DNA of 64,000 nucleotides from Ostrea edulis (lineage: Eukaryota), in assembly GCF_947568905.1 (NCBI RefSeq), contig NC_079164.1, positions 10,354,001 through 10,418,000 on the forward strand, written 5' to 3'. Of the stretch, positions 35,079 to 48,654 are shown in pieces; position 1 is the first letter of the stretch; each line of letters opens with the position of its first letter. Made by a program: the position numbers and the translations under genes. The notes below the pieces were generated by a model. That model searched no databases and was not told where the DNA came from. It saw only the letters and a list, made by a program, of their open reading frames with translations.

Positions 35079-38000
35079 GAGCTCAATGACTGATAAGCTT
35101 TCTGTCACGAATGAAGAATTATTAGAGAAATATGACCATGCAGTTCAGTCAAAGGACATAGCTGAAGGCATGTATGAATTAGCGCTCACCGTGCACTTAA
35201 AATGTATGAAATAGAGGAAAGGTGAAGGTAACGAACAGCGATCAATCTCATAACCCCTGTAAGGAATACAAAACAAAGAGGTGGGAGAACACGTCCCCTG
35301 GACATACAAGAGGTGGGATCAGGTGCCTAGGAGGAGTAAGCATCCACTGTCGACCGGTCACACCCGCCGTGAGCCCTATGTATTGATTACGTAGAGTTGG
35401 GTATGAATTCAACCTGTATGTGAACTATATGTTGATGTGCACTAGAATTTTGTGGGAACTAATGTGGACTAGAATTCTGTGAGAACTAATGTGCACTAGA
35501 GCTCTGTGAGAACTAATGTGCACTAGAATTCTGTGAGAACTAATGTGAACTAGAATTCTGTGAGAATTAATGTGCACTAGAATTCTGTGAGAATTAATGT
35601 GGACTAGAATTCTGTGAGAACTAATGTGGACTAGAATTCTGTGAGAATTAATGTGCACTAGAATTCTGTGAGAATTAATGTGGACTAGAATTCTGTGAGA
35701 ACTAATGTGCACTAGAATTCTGTGAGAATTAATGTGGACTAGAATTCTGTGAGAATTAATGTGGACTAGAATTCTGTGAGAATTAATGTGGACTAGAATT
35801 CTGTGAGAATTAATGTGGACTAGAATTCTGTGAGAATTAATGTGGACTAGAATTCTGTGAGAATTAATGTGGACTAGAATTCTGTGAGAATTAATGTGCA
35901 CTAGAATTCTGTGAGAATTAATGTGGACTAGAATTCTGTGAGAACTAATGTGCACTAGAATTCTGTGAGAATTAATGTGGACTAGAATTCTGTGAGAACT
36001 AATGTGCATTAGAATTCTGTGAGAACTAATGTGCATTAGAATTCTGTGAGAACTAATGTGCACTAGAATTCTGTGAGAATTAATATGCACTAGAATTCTG
36101 TGAGAACTAATGTGCACTAGAATTCTGTGAGAACTAATGTGCACTAGAATTCTGTGAGAACTAATGTGCACTAGAATTCTGTGAGAACTAATGTGCACTA
36201 GAATTCTGTGAGAACTAATGTGGACAAGAGCTCTGTGAGAACTAATGTGCACTAGAATTCTGTGAGAACTAATGTGCACTAGAATTCTGTGAGAACTAAT
36301 GTGCACTAGAGCTCTGTGAGAACTAATGTGGACTAGAGCTCTGTGAGAACTAATGTGGACTAGAATTCTGTGAGAACTAATGTGCACTAGAATTCTGTGA
36401 GAACTAATGTGAACTAGAATTCTGTGAGAACTAATGTGCACTAGAATTCTGTGAGAACTAATGTGGACTAGAGCTCTGTGAGAACTAATGTGCACTAGAA
36501 TTCTGTGAGAACTAATGTGCACTAGAATTATGTGAGAACTAATGTGGACTAGAGCTCTGTGAGAACTAATGTGGACTAGAGCTCTGTGAGAACTAATGTG
36601 CACTAGAATTCTGTGAGAACTAATGTGCATTAGAATTCTGTGAGAACTAATGTGCACTAGAATTCTGTGAGAACTAATGTGGACTAGAGCTCTGTGAGAA
36701 CTAATGTGCACTAGAATTCTGTGAGAACTAATGTGCACTAGAATTCTGTGAGAATTAATGTGCACTAGAATTCTGTGAGAACTAATGTGGACTAGAGCTC
36801 TGTGTGATGTAAAGCTCTATTTGATATAAAACTATATGTGAGAACTAAAGCTCGAACAGAACTAAATATCTGTTTGATCTAGATATTTGTTTGATTTAAA
36901 GTTCAATTCTCACAGAGCTTTGTTTAAGCTAGAGATAGGCGAATACTATACCTATTTCATATAGAGGTCAATGTGAACTAGACTTGTCTGTGTGAACTAG
37001 AGTTGTGTGAGAACTAGAGTTGTATGTGAACTAGACTTGTCTGTGTGAACTAGAGTTGTGTGAGAACTAGAGTTGTATGTGAACTAGACTTGTCTGTGTG
37101 AACTAGAGTTGTGTGAGAACTAGAGTTGTATGTGAACTAGACTTGTCTGTGTGAACTAGAGTTGTGTGAGAACTAGAGTTGTGTGTGAACTAGAGTTTTG
37201 TGAGAACTAGAGTTGTGTGTAAGACCTAGACTTGTGTGTAAGAACTAGACTTGTGTGTAAGAACTAGAGTTGTGTGTGAGAACTAGAGTTGTGTGAGAAC
37301 TAGACTTGTGTGTAAGAACTAGAGTTGTGTGTAAGAACTAGAGTTGTGTGAGAAGTAGACTTGTGTGTCAACTAGATTGTGTGTCAACTAGCGTTGGGTA
37401 TAAACTAGAGTTGTGTGAGAACTAGAGTTGTGTGAGAACTAGAGTTGTGTTTGAACTGGAGTTGTGTGTGAGCTAGAATTGAGAGTATGAACTAAAGTTG
37501 TGTGTCAACTAGAGTTGTGTGAGAACTAGAGACATGTGTGAACTACAGCCGGTTGTAAGTTATTTTTTCCAATTTCTTTTCGGATCACGGTATTGTCGTT
37601 CATTTGTCGATTATCATAAAACAGTGTTCAAGGCAGTTACATCATGGAGTTCAACGTTCACAGCTTCTTGGATTTAAGGGATTGTGTAAAAAGAAGTCCA
37701 ATATGTAACAATCTTCTGGTCCTTTTGAATCTAGACGACGAGATGAGGGTATAACCACGAGGAGCAGTAAACTGAAAACTTACGAAGTAACATCGACGAC
37801 CCTGAAAAAGGGTTCAATACGAAGTTGATCAAATTTAACAGTGCATGGTCTTCATAACTCTTTATTTCAGGACTGCAAGTAGACACATCGAGCACAGTAA
37901 GTCGTGTTATTTGAGTGTCCTGCTGTCGCCGAAAATACTTATATCTATTTACATTCTACTGGAAATCTCATTCCAGGAGCTACTTAAAGCCTAAAGTAGA

Positions 38001-38301
38001 ATAGTTTAAACATGAAAAATGTTTATTTTCTACATCTTGACTTTTCATCCAGGAACAAAGTTACTGTGGTCATATGCTGGTGAGTGAACATTTTGCATTG
38101 TCGGATGTTAACCGGAATTGTTGGTGTTTTTTAAATAGCAGTGATATACTGATAATGAAAGCCATTATTCTTTCAGACGATACCATAAAGCTGAAGTCTG
38201 ATGTCAAGACACACTTTGGTACTAGAAAGAACCATAATGGCATTGATTTATTAAGTCCAAAGCATGGGATTCTCCCCAGATCCTGTGTTGTCTCAATATG
38301 A
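35079..38301 (+). CDS. Putative spliced gene of unknown function, last four exons: 35079-35171, 37871-37896, 38053-38079, 38177-38301
   Basis: Each exon has a pyrimidine-rich AG acceptor and a GTATGA, GTAAGT or GTGAGT donor; phases 2-2-1-1 join into one open frame SSMTDKLSVTNEELLEKYDHAVQSKDIAEGMTASRHIEHRTKLLWSYADDTIKLK…SCVVSI*; AATAAA follows near 38487-38535. Confidence 0.45.
35222..35390 (-). mobile_element. Penelope-like 3'-end fragment
   Basis: Terminal 43-mer plus the 3' module. Confidence 0.85.
35428..36805. repeat. 27-bp minisatellite, ~51 copies
   Basis: GTGAGAA(C/T)TAATGTG(C/G)ACTAGA(ATT/GCT)CT; explains the ISSHRILVH ORF. Confidence 0.97.
36970..37545. repeat. 17/19-bp minisatellite with a 53-bp higher-order unit at its left end
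   Basis: GAACTAGAGTTGTGTGA units; GAACTAGACTTGTCTGTGT-GAACTAGAGTTGTGTGA-GAACTAGAGTTGTATGT repeated 3-4 times. Confidence 0.92.
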
Positions 38302-39493
38302 GAAAATAGTATAAACAAAAATTCAAGCATTTTTCTTCATGTCGACATGTAGTTTGTTACTGCGTTAACATTATTTTTGTGTTTTCTTCGTCTTGGCTGT
38401 TACTTGCAGGTGCCCGTTTTGACCCCCTCCCCCCCGGTCCGTGTCTCGCATTGTTTCCAGAAACTTCATTTATTTGATACAGTTGATAATAAATGACAAG
38501 AAAAACTCAATACTTCATCTTAGACTTTAATAAAACGAGACTTCAAATAAAGATAAAGCTGTTGTAAAATTATTCAAATATTACAGGGAAAATCAAGACA
38601 GTTGTCATTTACCTGTACAGCCCGTTTCATCTGTTGGCACCTCCTTAATGCTTACAGTAATTAATATAGCTTCTGTGTAATTACAATCTATGTTGATTAC
38701 ATTCATCAAAACACAACCAATGTTCAGTAACAACCTGATTATCTTTCTCTGTCCGTCTAATAAAGCATGGTATTTCTAGACTGACAGTTTGAATTTGCAA
38801 AAAGACGAAACAACACACTGTCAAGTACTTACATATTGAAATCAACACGCACTTCTTTCAAAAGTCTACTGGGTGTTCTAAAGAAATCTATTACAATTCA
38901 ATACGTTGTTGATGTTTTGATCTTTAAACGCACACACTTTATAGCACCTCCATTTCAAATGTGACGTACATCGTGACTGTTTGATCTGAGGATATCTATG
39001 GTACGAACGAAATATCACTACATGTAAATGTACACCAAATGATACGGCAAAACATTCAACTAACCAAGTTAGGTGTGTATCAACAAGGGGAGGGGCTATG
39101 TAGTATTTATAAACATCTAGGGCAGCTAACGTATTACTGTCTCGTTAAACTGAAAATAGCGAAATTTGCGGAATAAACGAAACTCCTGACTTGTAAATTC
39201 TGACATTCCAGTTGATTAAGAAAAGGCGAGGATAACGAACAGTGATCAATCTCATAACTCCTATAAGGAATATGAAACTAAGAGTTGAGCAAAGAAAGTA
39301 GAAGCGAACACACGTTTTTGATTTTTAAAAAATCAAGGGCAATGGAATTTTTCGAAAAGCTCAGACATTTCTAGAAATTGTCATATTCTTCATTAATACA
39401 AGAACACAAGATCTGACATTCTCTGTGGTCTAAAATATCTCCATGTGAATTTGGACGGACTGGCCTTTTGTCGCGTTGGTATCACACACGCCG

Positions 39494-40589
39494 TCATGTA
39501 TCCGTTCTCTGTGTAGAATCCCTCTCCCCTATCAGGGCTTCCTGTGATGTTTCGGATCCGTTACTGTCCCGCGAATTCACGTTACCAGGCCTCTCCACCA
39601 CGCGCACGTCACTAGGCCTCTCCACCACGCGCACGTCACTAGGCCTCTCCACCACACCTTCGTCACCAGGCATTTCCACCACGATTTCTTGCAATGGTAT
39701 ACTGTCTACTGCCCGCTGTGTTGCGTTTGATAACGTAGCATGGATGCCAGAATCCGACAGAGTTTGCAGATGAGGAAGGAACTCATGCATACCATTTTGA
39801 AGGAAATGCAAATTCGGAATGTTTTCTTTGGTCGTGTCTTTTCTGTTTGTGTTCAGTTTCTCGTCATCAACCATACATAGATTCTTGTTGTCATAACGAC
39901 GGAGGTATCCTAGATTGTTTCTAGTTGTTAAATGGGAGTGACACACCCTTTGAATCCCGCGTGCGGCTTCTGTGTTTTCAAAGTCAGTTGTTGTTTTGCA
40001 GAAGGATCTGACCAATCTTTGTATGGTGGCTAGGATCAGCCACACATTTATCACAGAAAAGAAAATAATACTCAAGAAAAATACAGTTAAGGCTGTGTAA
40101 TGCATCACGAATGGCGTCTCGTGAAACATTGCTATCACTAAGAACACAACGGGTATAATCCCACGAAAGACTAATGTTAAAGCGCAATTTATGAAAGACA
40201 GCTTGCAGTACAACCTTGTCCGATTTTTACCCATCTCCTTAAGAATTTTTGAAATTTCAATTATCGTTGAATTTGTTTCCATAGTCATTCCTACTAACGA
40301 CAAAAGTAAATTTTGGTGGTATCCTAAGAATATGGAATAGCAAACTATAGTCACTATATGGTGCATTAGATCCGTTTTTATCCGGGAGCGCTCACTTTCT
40401 CCATAAAAGTATATATTCACCGAAATTAGGTATATGTATCTTCCGATATTTATTGCTAAAAGAATGCCCACGAAGTCGTTGATAGTTGAACTAGCATTTC
40501 CGCTGAATGGGTACCGTATTACATCCGAACCGCATAGTGCGACAAAACCCAGAATCGCCACGAACCATATAAACAGTTGTTCCGTCAAC
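39494..40589 (-). CDS. TLC (TRAM/LAG1/CLN8)-domain membrane protein, large terminal coding exon
   Basis: Multiple hydrophobic helices, DLMHHIVT and METNSTIIE motifs, conserved FR; strong acceptor TCTTCTGTTTTGCAG just 5' of 40589; C-terminal VVERPSDVR repeats (27 bp, ~3.5 copies). Confidence 0.82.
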
Positions 40590-40864
40590 CTGCAAAACAG
40601 AAGACTGTCAATTAAGTCATTTTATTAAAAATCATATTCAAAAATTAAACTTTAGCGGGCCTCATAACCACTATCATATACTGCAAAACACTGAACTAGA
40701 TTACTCAAAGGCAGGAATAGAAGAGGTTGGACTAAACATGCCAGGACAAAAACCTGCATCATTTCTAATCACATTCACAAGGTGCAGTATTTACATATCA
40801 CTATCTAAAGATCAAAGTTCAAAAGAGGTACCTAGAACTTATTGAGCAAAAAGGAAAGATAAAT

Positions 40865-41120
40865 TGATGGTACATGTATATTGTTTAACGTTCCTCGAGA
40901 GAATTTTAAACTCATATGGAGACATCACCATTGCCGGTAAAGGACTGCAAAATCGGAGCTTATGGCCATTGAGCAGGGAGGGATCTTTATCATGTCACAC
41001 CTGCTGTGACACGGGACCTCGGTTTTTGCGGTCTCATCCGAAGGACCGCCCCATTTAGTCGCCTCTTACGACAAGAGAGTGGATAATGAGGACCTATTCT
41101 AACCCGAATCCCAACGGGAC
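40865..41120 (-). mobile_element. 5'-truncated SINE with Deu/Nin-like central domain
   Basis: GTCCTTCGGATGAGACCGCAAAAACCGAGGTCCC…TAAAGATCCC; other copies at 34781-34890, 48791-49025, 53318-53432, 54702-54963. Confidence 0.75.
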
Positions 41121-42650
41121 TAAAAATCTAATGAAAGCGACAACTTTTTATTTCAGTGTCATTTACCTCTGAACTTGATTTAAGGTAAAGGTCACTGCAC
41201 CTCCCTTATCGAAGGGGCGTGACTAGTGGGGCTTATTGTACACACGTCTTGTCCGACTTGTTGTGGTTTACATTTTGGTAATTTACTACAGCCACGTGCT
41301 AGGTAGTTATAATTGGGTGAAGTATTTATACAGCTTACGGCCGGGACTCGCACAGAAATCCATAAATAATATTGACCTTGATTTTTCAGTTAGAATCCCG
41401 GCGTGATGTCACAACACGCCGATAATAGATGAATACCAGACAGATATCAAACCAACAAGAAAGATAACAAAGTTTGGACAGGGATAATACATAGTATCTG
41501 CACATCATACACCCGAATGTAAAGGCGGATGACCGCTGGGTGGAACAGGAAACAGATTAAAGAAAATATTATCGAGAGCTTGACCCTACAACAGAACCTC
41601 GGGTCAAGATCAATATGATAACTTGTATGGGTGAAGAAATATACATCCTGGACATGAAGTTCAAAAGAATGTTTAATTCTGGCTTGGTTTAACCTTGCCC
41701 TTTCAGAGTGCACATCCCCATTTATTTTCAGTTTATACATGTGAACTATGGAAAATATTGAGCAAACAACACAAAGGTTGATTACTACACAAGATTTAGC
41801 AGGCTTTCTAGTTATTTGAATAAATACTGCCTATAGAGGGATATATTTAATGTATACTCTGTTTTCATGGACCATCAGCATAAGTATGTATCAGCATGAA
41901 CCTCCTAAAGTAAGTATGCATCAGCATGAACCTCTAAACAAGTAAGTACTCACACTGAACTCAAACAAAATAGAGCTGCGTGACTGTTACTATTTACAAT
42001 AGACGTGCTCTTGTCAAAAAATGCTAGACTGAAATTCAATACGATCACGGTGTGTGTCCAATATCCATTGCAGTCCTGACAATTAAGGAAGTCTTCTTCG
42101 ATAGATTAGTTTATATTTGGATCAGGGAGATTATATCGTAATCCCCCAGGACTTCCTACTGCTTTATCGTTATTAAACGAAAATCAATGCGCAGATAGTC
42201 TGTTTATTAAATTGTTCTCCCTTAAAATAGCAATCAGCTTGCGAACTCACCTATTTTATTACAGCAAGAATGATTATAGTATTATTGTGATAAAGGAAAG
42301 CGAACCCGGAAACAAGGCGCTGCCATTCTGAAGTCATGATATCGATCGCCGTGAAGTTTTGTATTTCAATGCGACACTTCTCAACTATATAAAGCACATT
42401 CTAACTGGTGTTGCGGATCGTTAATAAATTCAATATGAATCACTATTTTCACTTCCTTCTTAACGGTGCAAAAGGGTACAATATGGTCAATAAAAACATT
42501 CTTAACAAAAGCCCTTTAAAACATTTCCCCTTCAAGCCTGTTAAACACCAGGTGTGTGTGTGTTATTATGAAATACCAAATCCTCGACCATACATTTTTA
42601 CAAGTTAATCTCAATGCTACCCTCTTACGTCAACACTGCAGATATAGATA

Positions 42651-42685
42651 TACCGGTATGTGATAAGAAATTCATTGGCCGGAAC

Positions 42686-42780
<95 letters not shown>

Positions 42781-42820
42781 CGGTATATGATTACAAATTC
42801 ATTGGCTGAAACTGCATATC
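42651..42820. repeat. (AT)n tract between two ~40-bp direct repeats
   Basis: ACCGGTATGTGATAAGAAATTCATTGGCCGGAACTGCAT and ACCGGTATATGATTACAAATTCATTGGCTGAAACTGCAT. Confidence 0.85.
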
Positions 42821-44261
42821 CTGCGACTGAGTTTCTCTGTTACCTAGTTTCAGATCCAATAATTTTTCCACAGATGTACCTCCTTTAATGAATGCCGTAC
42901 TTCGAAAAGAAGCAACTGTGATGTTTATAAAACTCTTGTCTTCGGAAACACGAAAAAGGATTAATGACCGGACAATGCAATAAGTATTATGAATGAAATT
43001 ATTGAATATTTTACACGTAGTCACGGTTTTACAGTTGTGATGTCATATTCATGAATAATTTCCGGACATACTAGTTTCCTAACCCAACAATATACAATTT
43101 TGAAAATCTTGGGTCCCCATCATATCATCAACGCTATTTTCACATTCACACCGACACACAAAATAAACGCGATCCTAATTAAACGCCATCAATTTTCAAT
43201 ATTCATAATGTATTGTTAACGAGTTTGAAGTGCACGTTATCATACCCATTCCCAAGCAATTCATGGTTAATTGAATTCCGTCCCACTGCGTGTTCTCGTG
43301 TCCGCAAGATATCAGACATACCCCCGTACACGGATACAGTGTCAGTATTTCATGCGTCTCAGACCTCTTTGCAAAAGCTATGAATGACCGCAAGAGCACA
43401 GTATCTCAGCTTTACAAACGCCTCAGCCTTGACTGGTACACCTGCCGACCACCCTCTAACTGCCGACCGCCCTCTAACTCCCGGGCAGTCCGGTGGTTAC
43501 GACGCTTCATGTGATAGCAGAGCTTGTGCAACAGAATTAGAACTGAAACAATGTCAACAGGTTGCCTCTCGTCAATAGAGTTTGTGTGCCACCAGAGACT
43601 ACCCGCTTCATGCCAGCCACTTCAAAACACCTCTATGGCACAAATAAACCATGTAATGTCCTCGATGCATATCAGAATTCAAACAGCAACAAATGTTCAG
43701 TCTCCTCAGCCTTGACATTGTTTACCAAAGTGATGATGGCTAACTATAAATTCACTGTGGTTTGCAATGCCATAGATGTGTATTTTCTACGAGTTGTAAA
43801 AATTAACCGTTACACTAGTATTTGAATGAAATAATAAAGATATTGCAGATATTTTATGGTTGTATTGCTTTGGCATTTCAGTATATTATGTCGTATTATA
43901 CACGTGAATAGATCGTATTAGATATCTACACCAGCGTTATAATATGAATAATTAAAAATTATATGCAGTAGAAGTACGGCAGAAGTAACTACCAATGTAG
44001 AAAAAATTAGAACTAACACGGGAAATTCGGTCTAACATATACCTTACTGAATTCACCAGTACTTATCAGTTCTGACGTATATGTGTACATATAATATCTT
44101 TAAACTGCAAATTGGGACGAAAATGTGTTGTACGTTACTAGAGTGTGCAATTCATGCCTGTTCTAATGGGATACCAAGTTCTCTTGGCATGGATAGATCT
44201 TGAATTGACCTTGGCACACATTTTTGTGTGTTAAACGATTATTCACATCCTAAAGATCACC

Positions 44262-44597
44262 TGAATACAAATTACAGTGTACCATACGATCTCACAAGAT
44301 CACCTGTGTACGAATTACAGTGTACCATACAATCTCACCTGAATAGGTATTACAGTGTATCATACGATCTCACAAGATCACCTGGGTACGAATTACAGTG
44401 TACCATACAATCTCACCTGAATAGGTATTACAGTGTATCATACGATCTCACAAGATCACCTGGGTACGAATTACAGTGTACCATACAATCTCACAAGATC
44501 ACCTGTGTACGAATTACAGTGTACCATACAATCTCACAAGATCACCTGAATAGGTATTACAGTGTACCATACAATCTCACAAGATCACCTGGATACA
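44262..44597. repeat. Tandem array of alternating 43- and 35-bp related units
   Basis: TACAGTGTA(C/T)CATAC(G/A)ATCTCAC(AAGATCAC)CTG core. Confidence 0.92.
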
Positions 44598-44875
44598 ATG
44601 TTTCATTCTTTATTATAATATTATATACTACAGTAAAACTGCACAATAAAGGGGGAAAGTGCATGTCAATTTTTGGTCACCTAGGTAAACATTACCTGTG
44701 CCCCTACCCCTAGCCCAGCCTTTTTATCGCCTTGCATCATTAGATGTTATTTTTAGTGAGTGACCGTGCAGGAAATCAAACATGTCCATACGGTTGTTCA
44801 CGTTAAGGTGTTAAAGATGTATTTAATTACATGATGTATATTTAATTGCTGTGATAAAATATAGAAATTCATTTC

Positions 44876-45087
44876 AAAATTAAGGATTATCTCCCTCGTG
44901 CATAGCTCTTATCCTTCGACGTATATGGCTCCAATTTTTGGCACTGTGTTTTGCTCTAAAATAGCTCTAACAAGTAGTATGTTGTTATTTCGGATTTCAA
45001 AAATTTCGGTTGAGCATCACTGAAGAGACATTATTTGTCGAAATGCGCATCTGGTGCATCAAAATTGGTACCGTATAAGTTTTACAT
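44876..45087 (+). mobile_element. Probable Penelope pseudo-LTR remnant carrying a hammerhead ribozyme
   Basis: Contains the minimal hammerhead below; such motifs are an established feature of PLE pLTRs. Confidence 0.6.
45014..45057 (+). ncRNA. Minimal type I hammerhead ribozyme
   Basis: Stem I GCAUCA/UGGUGC, core CUGAAGA (45020-45026), stem II GACA/UGUC, GAAA, palindromic stem III AUGCGCAU, cleavage triplet AUC (after 45051). Confidence 0.8.
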
Positions 45088-45809
45088 GTACCAATGTAAT
45101 ATTGGAATTATCCGACATGCCTCTCCCTAGTCGTGGCTAGATATTGTACATCATAAAAGAAAGTTGTATAAATACTCATGCATTATGAGTTCATTGTAAA
45201 AAGTGCACTTGACTTTCAAGAAACGCGTTTGATTTGGAGTTGAAATAGGAGATGGTTCATTACATTAAGTATCGGTTTCCTGAAACCTGACTTCCTGCTT
45301 CACGTTGTTCATTTCAGTCAGTAATTAGAGAACAGAGGTTCTCAGGTTGTTGCCAATTTTTTAAAAATGGTCATAATTCTAATATATGTATATCACTGAG
45401 CACTATCTGATCTGGCCAGTTATTTCCATAATGAATATACACATGTATATAAGTCTTTATACCCATGAAGTTTGAAATATATATAACTTCGATACATACA
45501 GATGTTTACGTATTCATTACCAGGCTAATAAGAACTGGAGACTAGTTAGGTTTAGTCGGATGATAGGACACGATACAATATATTCGTGGAAAGTCATTTT
45601 TTCCTCATTCTCTATTTATGAAAGTCCAAAATAAGCTTTTCTATTATAAAGGAACCCAATCCGATCAATCGAATTCTGTACGTAATTAAAGGCACTGGGA
45701 GAATTACGAAGTGGTAAGCTGCTTGCTCTGATCCGCATTTCTGTACATAGTGTTCAAATTTCAGAGACTAACACTAACTGTTAAAACGATTCTGGGTATA
45801 AGCACGTAA

Positions 45810-46460
45810 AAATGTCACCAGGTACTAACACGTAAAAACGTCCCCAGGTACTAACACGTAAAAACGTCCCCAGGTACTAACACGTAAGAACGGATCTGTA
45901 CTAACACGTAAAAACGTCCCCAGGTACTAACATGTAAAAACGTCCCCAGGTACTAACACGTAAGAACGGATCCCAGGTACTAACATGTAAAAACGGATCC
46001 CAGGCTTAACCGGTAAACAAATGTCCAGGTACTAACATGTAACATGTAAAAAAAATATTACAGGCTTGATCGGCGAAAAGAATATCCGGTACTACATGTA
46101 ACGTGTAAAAATGAGCCCAGGTACTAACCGGTGAAAAATGTCCCAGGTACATGCACTAACATGTAAAAACATCACAGGTACCAACATGTAAAAATTATAT
46201 CAGGTATATGTATAATATGTATGAAAAAAAATTCCCAGGTATATGTTAAAAAATGACCCCAGGAATGATATGCCAAACATTATCCCAGGTATAATATGTA
46301 TAAAAAAAAAATTATCCCAGGTATAATTTGAAAACAATTATCTGTGATATAATATGTAAAAAAAAAAAAAAATATCCCATGTAAAATTTTTATCCCAGGT
46401 ATAATATGCAAAAAATGGTCACAGGAACTAACCAGGGGAAAGATCCCAGGTATACTTACA
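45810..46460. repeat. Degenerating ~26-bp minisatellite
   Basis: CCAGGTACTAACACGTAAAAACGTCC units decaying rightwards. Confidence 0.9.
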
Positions 46461-48654
46461 AGTACATAAAGGGGTATTAACAACGTCAGAAAGAATTTCA
46501 CACGTGCGTGAATTTACATTAATATTCTGTTAATTTTATATTCAAATTTTATTCATATGAATGTACCAGAGTTTTTTTCTATCCTGCTCCAATATGTGTT
46601 TACAATTTTTTTTTTTTAAATTTAAAAGGGCTCTTTTCACAAGGCTGTCCAATGAAATTTCTTCACCTGGCTGTGTAGGAAGTATTCAAGAACCTTTTGA
46701 TTGGAATCAAACGAGGAAGTCTTTTAAATCCCCAGCAAACTTTAAATTTTATGGCTGTTGTGGATTACTATGTAAAGAGGACGATGAACGTGACAGTCCC
46801 GTACCCCGCCGCGACTCGGCCTACGTCTATTGATGCGTGACATTAGATTTAGGGGTCAAGCTTTTATTCGTTGTCATTTGGTTGGTCTGTTATCTTGTTT
46901 ATAGAAACATATCAAAATAAAACTTTCTCTCGGCCTATATTTTAATTTAGCACTTTCGTGCATTACCATCGTTCATTGCGATGTGAAAAATTGAGTATAA
47001 TATTTTGAGCATTACGTGAGGGTCTGAAATCGGAGGTGTCCAAGTTAGCAACCGAATTTTTTTCCTCAACCTTGAGTATCTTGTCTTTAAAAAAAACCCA
47101 TCTTGGCACACGAGGCTTGCCCAGTGTCTCTTGAAATTAAAAAAAAAAAAAAATAAGGAAGGAGATTTTGAAAAAACAAATCTTGGTTACCAACAAGCAC
47201 ATGTTATGGGAGGTTTCCCCCGTTATACTATTGCAAGCTTTTTGTTTTCCTCGAGTCGATGTCCACGCTATCGTAATATACATCCACATGCAATAGACAC
47301 AAGTGATCTCGATGATCTGTCGTAATGAAATATACAAGGGAAAAAGTTGGAAGATTGAAAAATTAAAAATAACCAATCAGAATCGTTCCAGGTGTTTCAT
47401 AACCCGATAGTAAAACCAAAAACGAACAACTGCTTCGGAGTGATGAAACAGTTGATAATTGGGGTAAAATGTTAATCTTGTGTTTATTAGCGCACATTTC
47501 TCTGTAAACATATTTTTTTTATAAAATACGTGTACATATAGGAGACAGCCCATCCGGGATCAAATTTGATGTCAACCATAACCCGTTTTAAAAAAAACAA
47601 ACAAACAAAACAACAGCAACCAAAAATTAGAAAAATAAAAACCGGAATGCGTTTATTTAGTCTGACGTCTTTAGAAATTGAATGAGGGGTTGCTGTATTT
47701 AATGTTTCCATTCAATGCTATCACGTGTAAATCGCCAAGACCCTAACTCGGAATTTGATAGTTTTTATAAAATCTGCTAATGTAAGGCGTAGACTTCAAT
47801 GTTTGAGTGAATCCTTTATTTGTGCAATTCTGGAATCCTATTACAAAAACCGAGCAGTTAGCGATGACGGTCGACGTAAAACGGACGGCTGGTTGCTAGG
47901 AAGTCTCGAGACGTACTGTGTCTCGTGTCGTTACGCGGCTGGGATAAATTGGGGATTAAATTCAAATATATTTTCCAACAAAGATTATATCATCGATAAG
48001 TGGTGTTTTGAGATAAGAGAAATTATCTTACACCTCTCTTATCAACCTTCAAAATCTTTCAACATCATATGTGCATGTACAGATAAAATCCCCTATTGTT
48101 GCCCGTGTAACAACTTCCTGGTATAATGAAGTGCATCAGATTGCATTAGTGCATTGGGTGCACACACAGCGCTGCGCGGTGACTTGCTACAGCTCAAAAG
48201 CAATCAAAATGATCAAGTCTCGTCAATGTTGTCGTCCCGGAAAGGACATGCCATTTGTTATCTCTACTCCAGAGTTATTTAGATTGAAATTTCTATTTAG
48301 AATATCCCACATGGCGATTACTAGAGCAGTATGTCCTTTTTCAGAAGCCCGTTTTCAATGATGGATATTTACATCTATGACTAACAGGGATTTTACATGT
48401 AAAAATGTTTATGAATGCTGTATATAGATATTTACTATAACTTTGGAAAAAAGTGTTTGTAACGTTAAATTCATAGAAAGAGAAATCGTATTGATATTTC
48501 TTTCTTGAAGAATGTGTAATAAAATTAAGTTTAGCGGCCTCTTTGTGCCCCCCTTTTACTCGAACATGACCATGCTTTATTCTACACGCCTGAACCTTGG
48601 GTTAACTTCCTAAGCATCCCAAATAAACTTCCATAATTCAATATTCTGATGTAC

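Noticed and set aside
35425-36765. 446-aa ISSHRILVH-repeat ORF
   Set aside because: Translation of a 27-bp minisatellite that lacks stops in one frame; no flanking gene signals
37780-37835. Second hammerhead-like motif (CCCTGAAAAAGGG…CGAAG)
   Set aside because: Core reads CUGAAAA and GAAG rather than CUGANGA and GAAA
41447-41740. 97-aa partly hydrophobic ORF in the TLC intron
   Set aside because: No recognisable domain or splice sites fitting the TLC model
43196-43620. Possible transposase-like coding remnant
   Set aside because: Short stop-interrupted frames with no diagnostic motif
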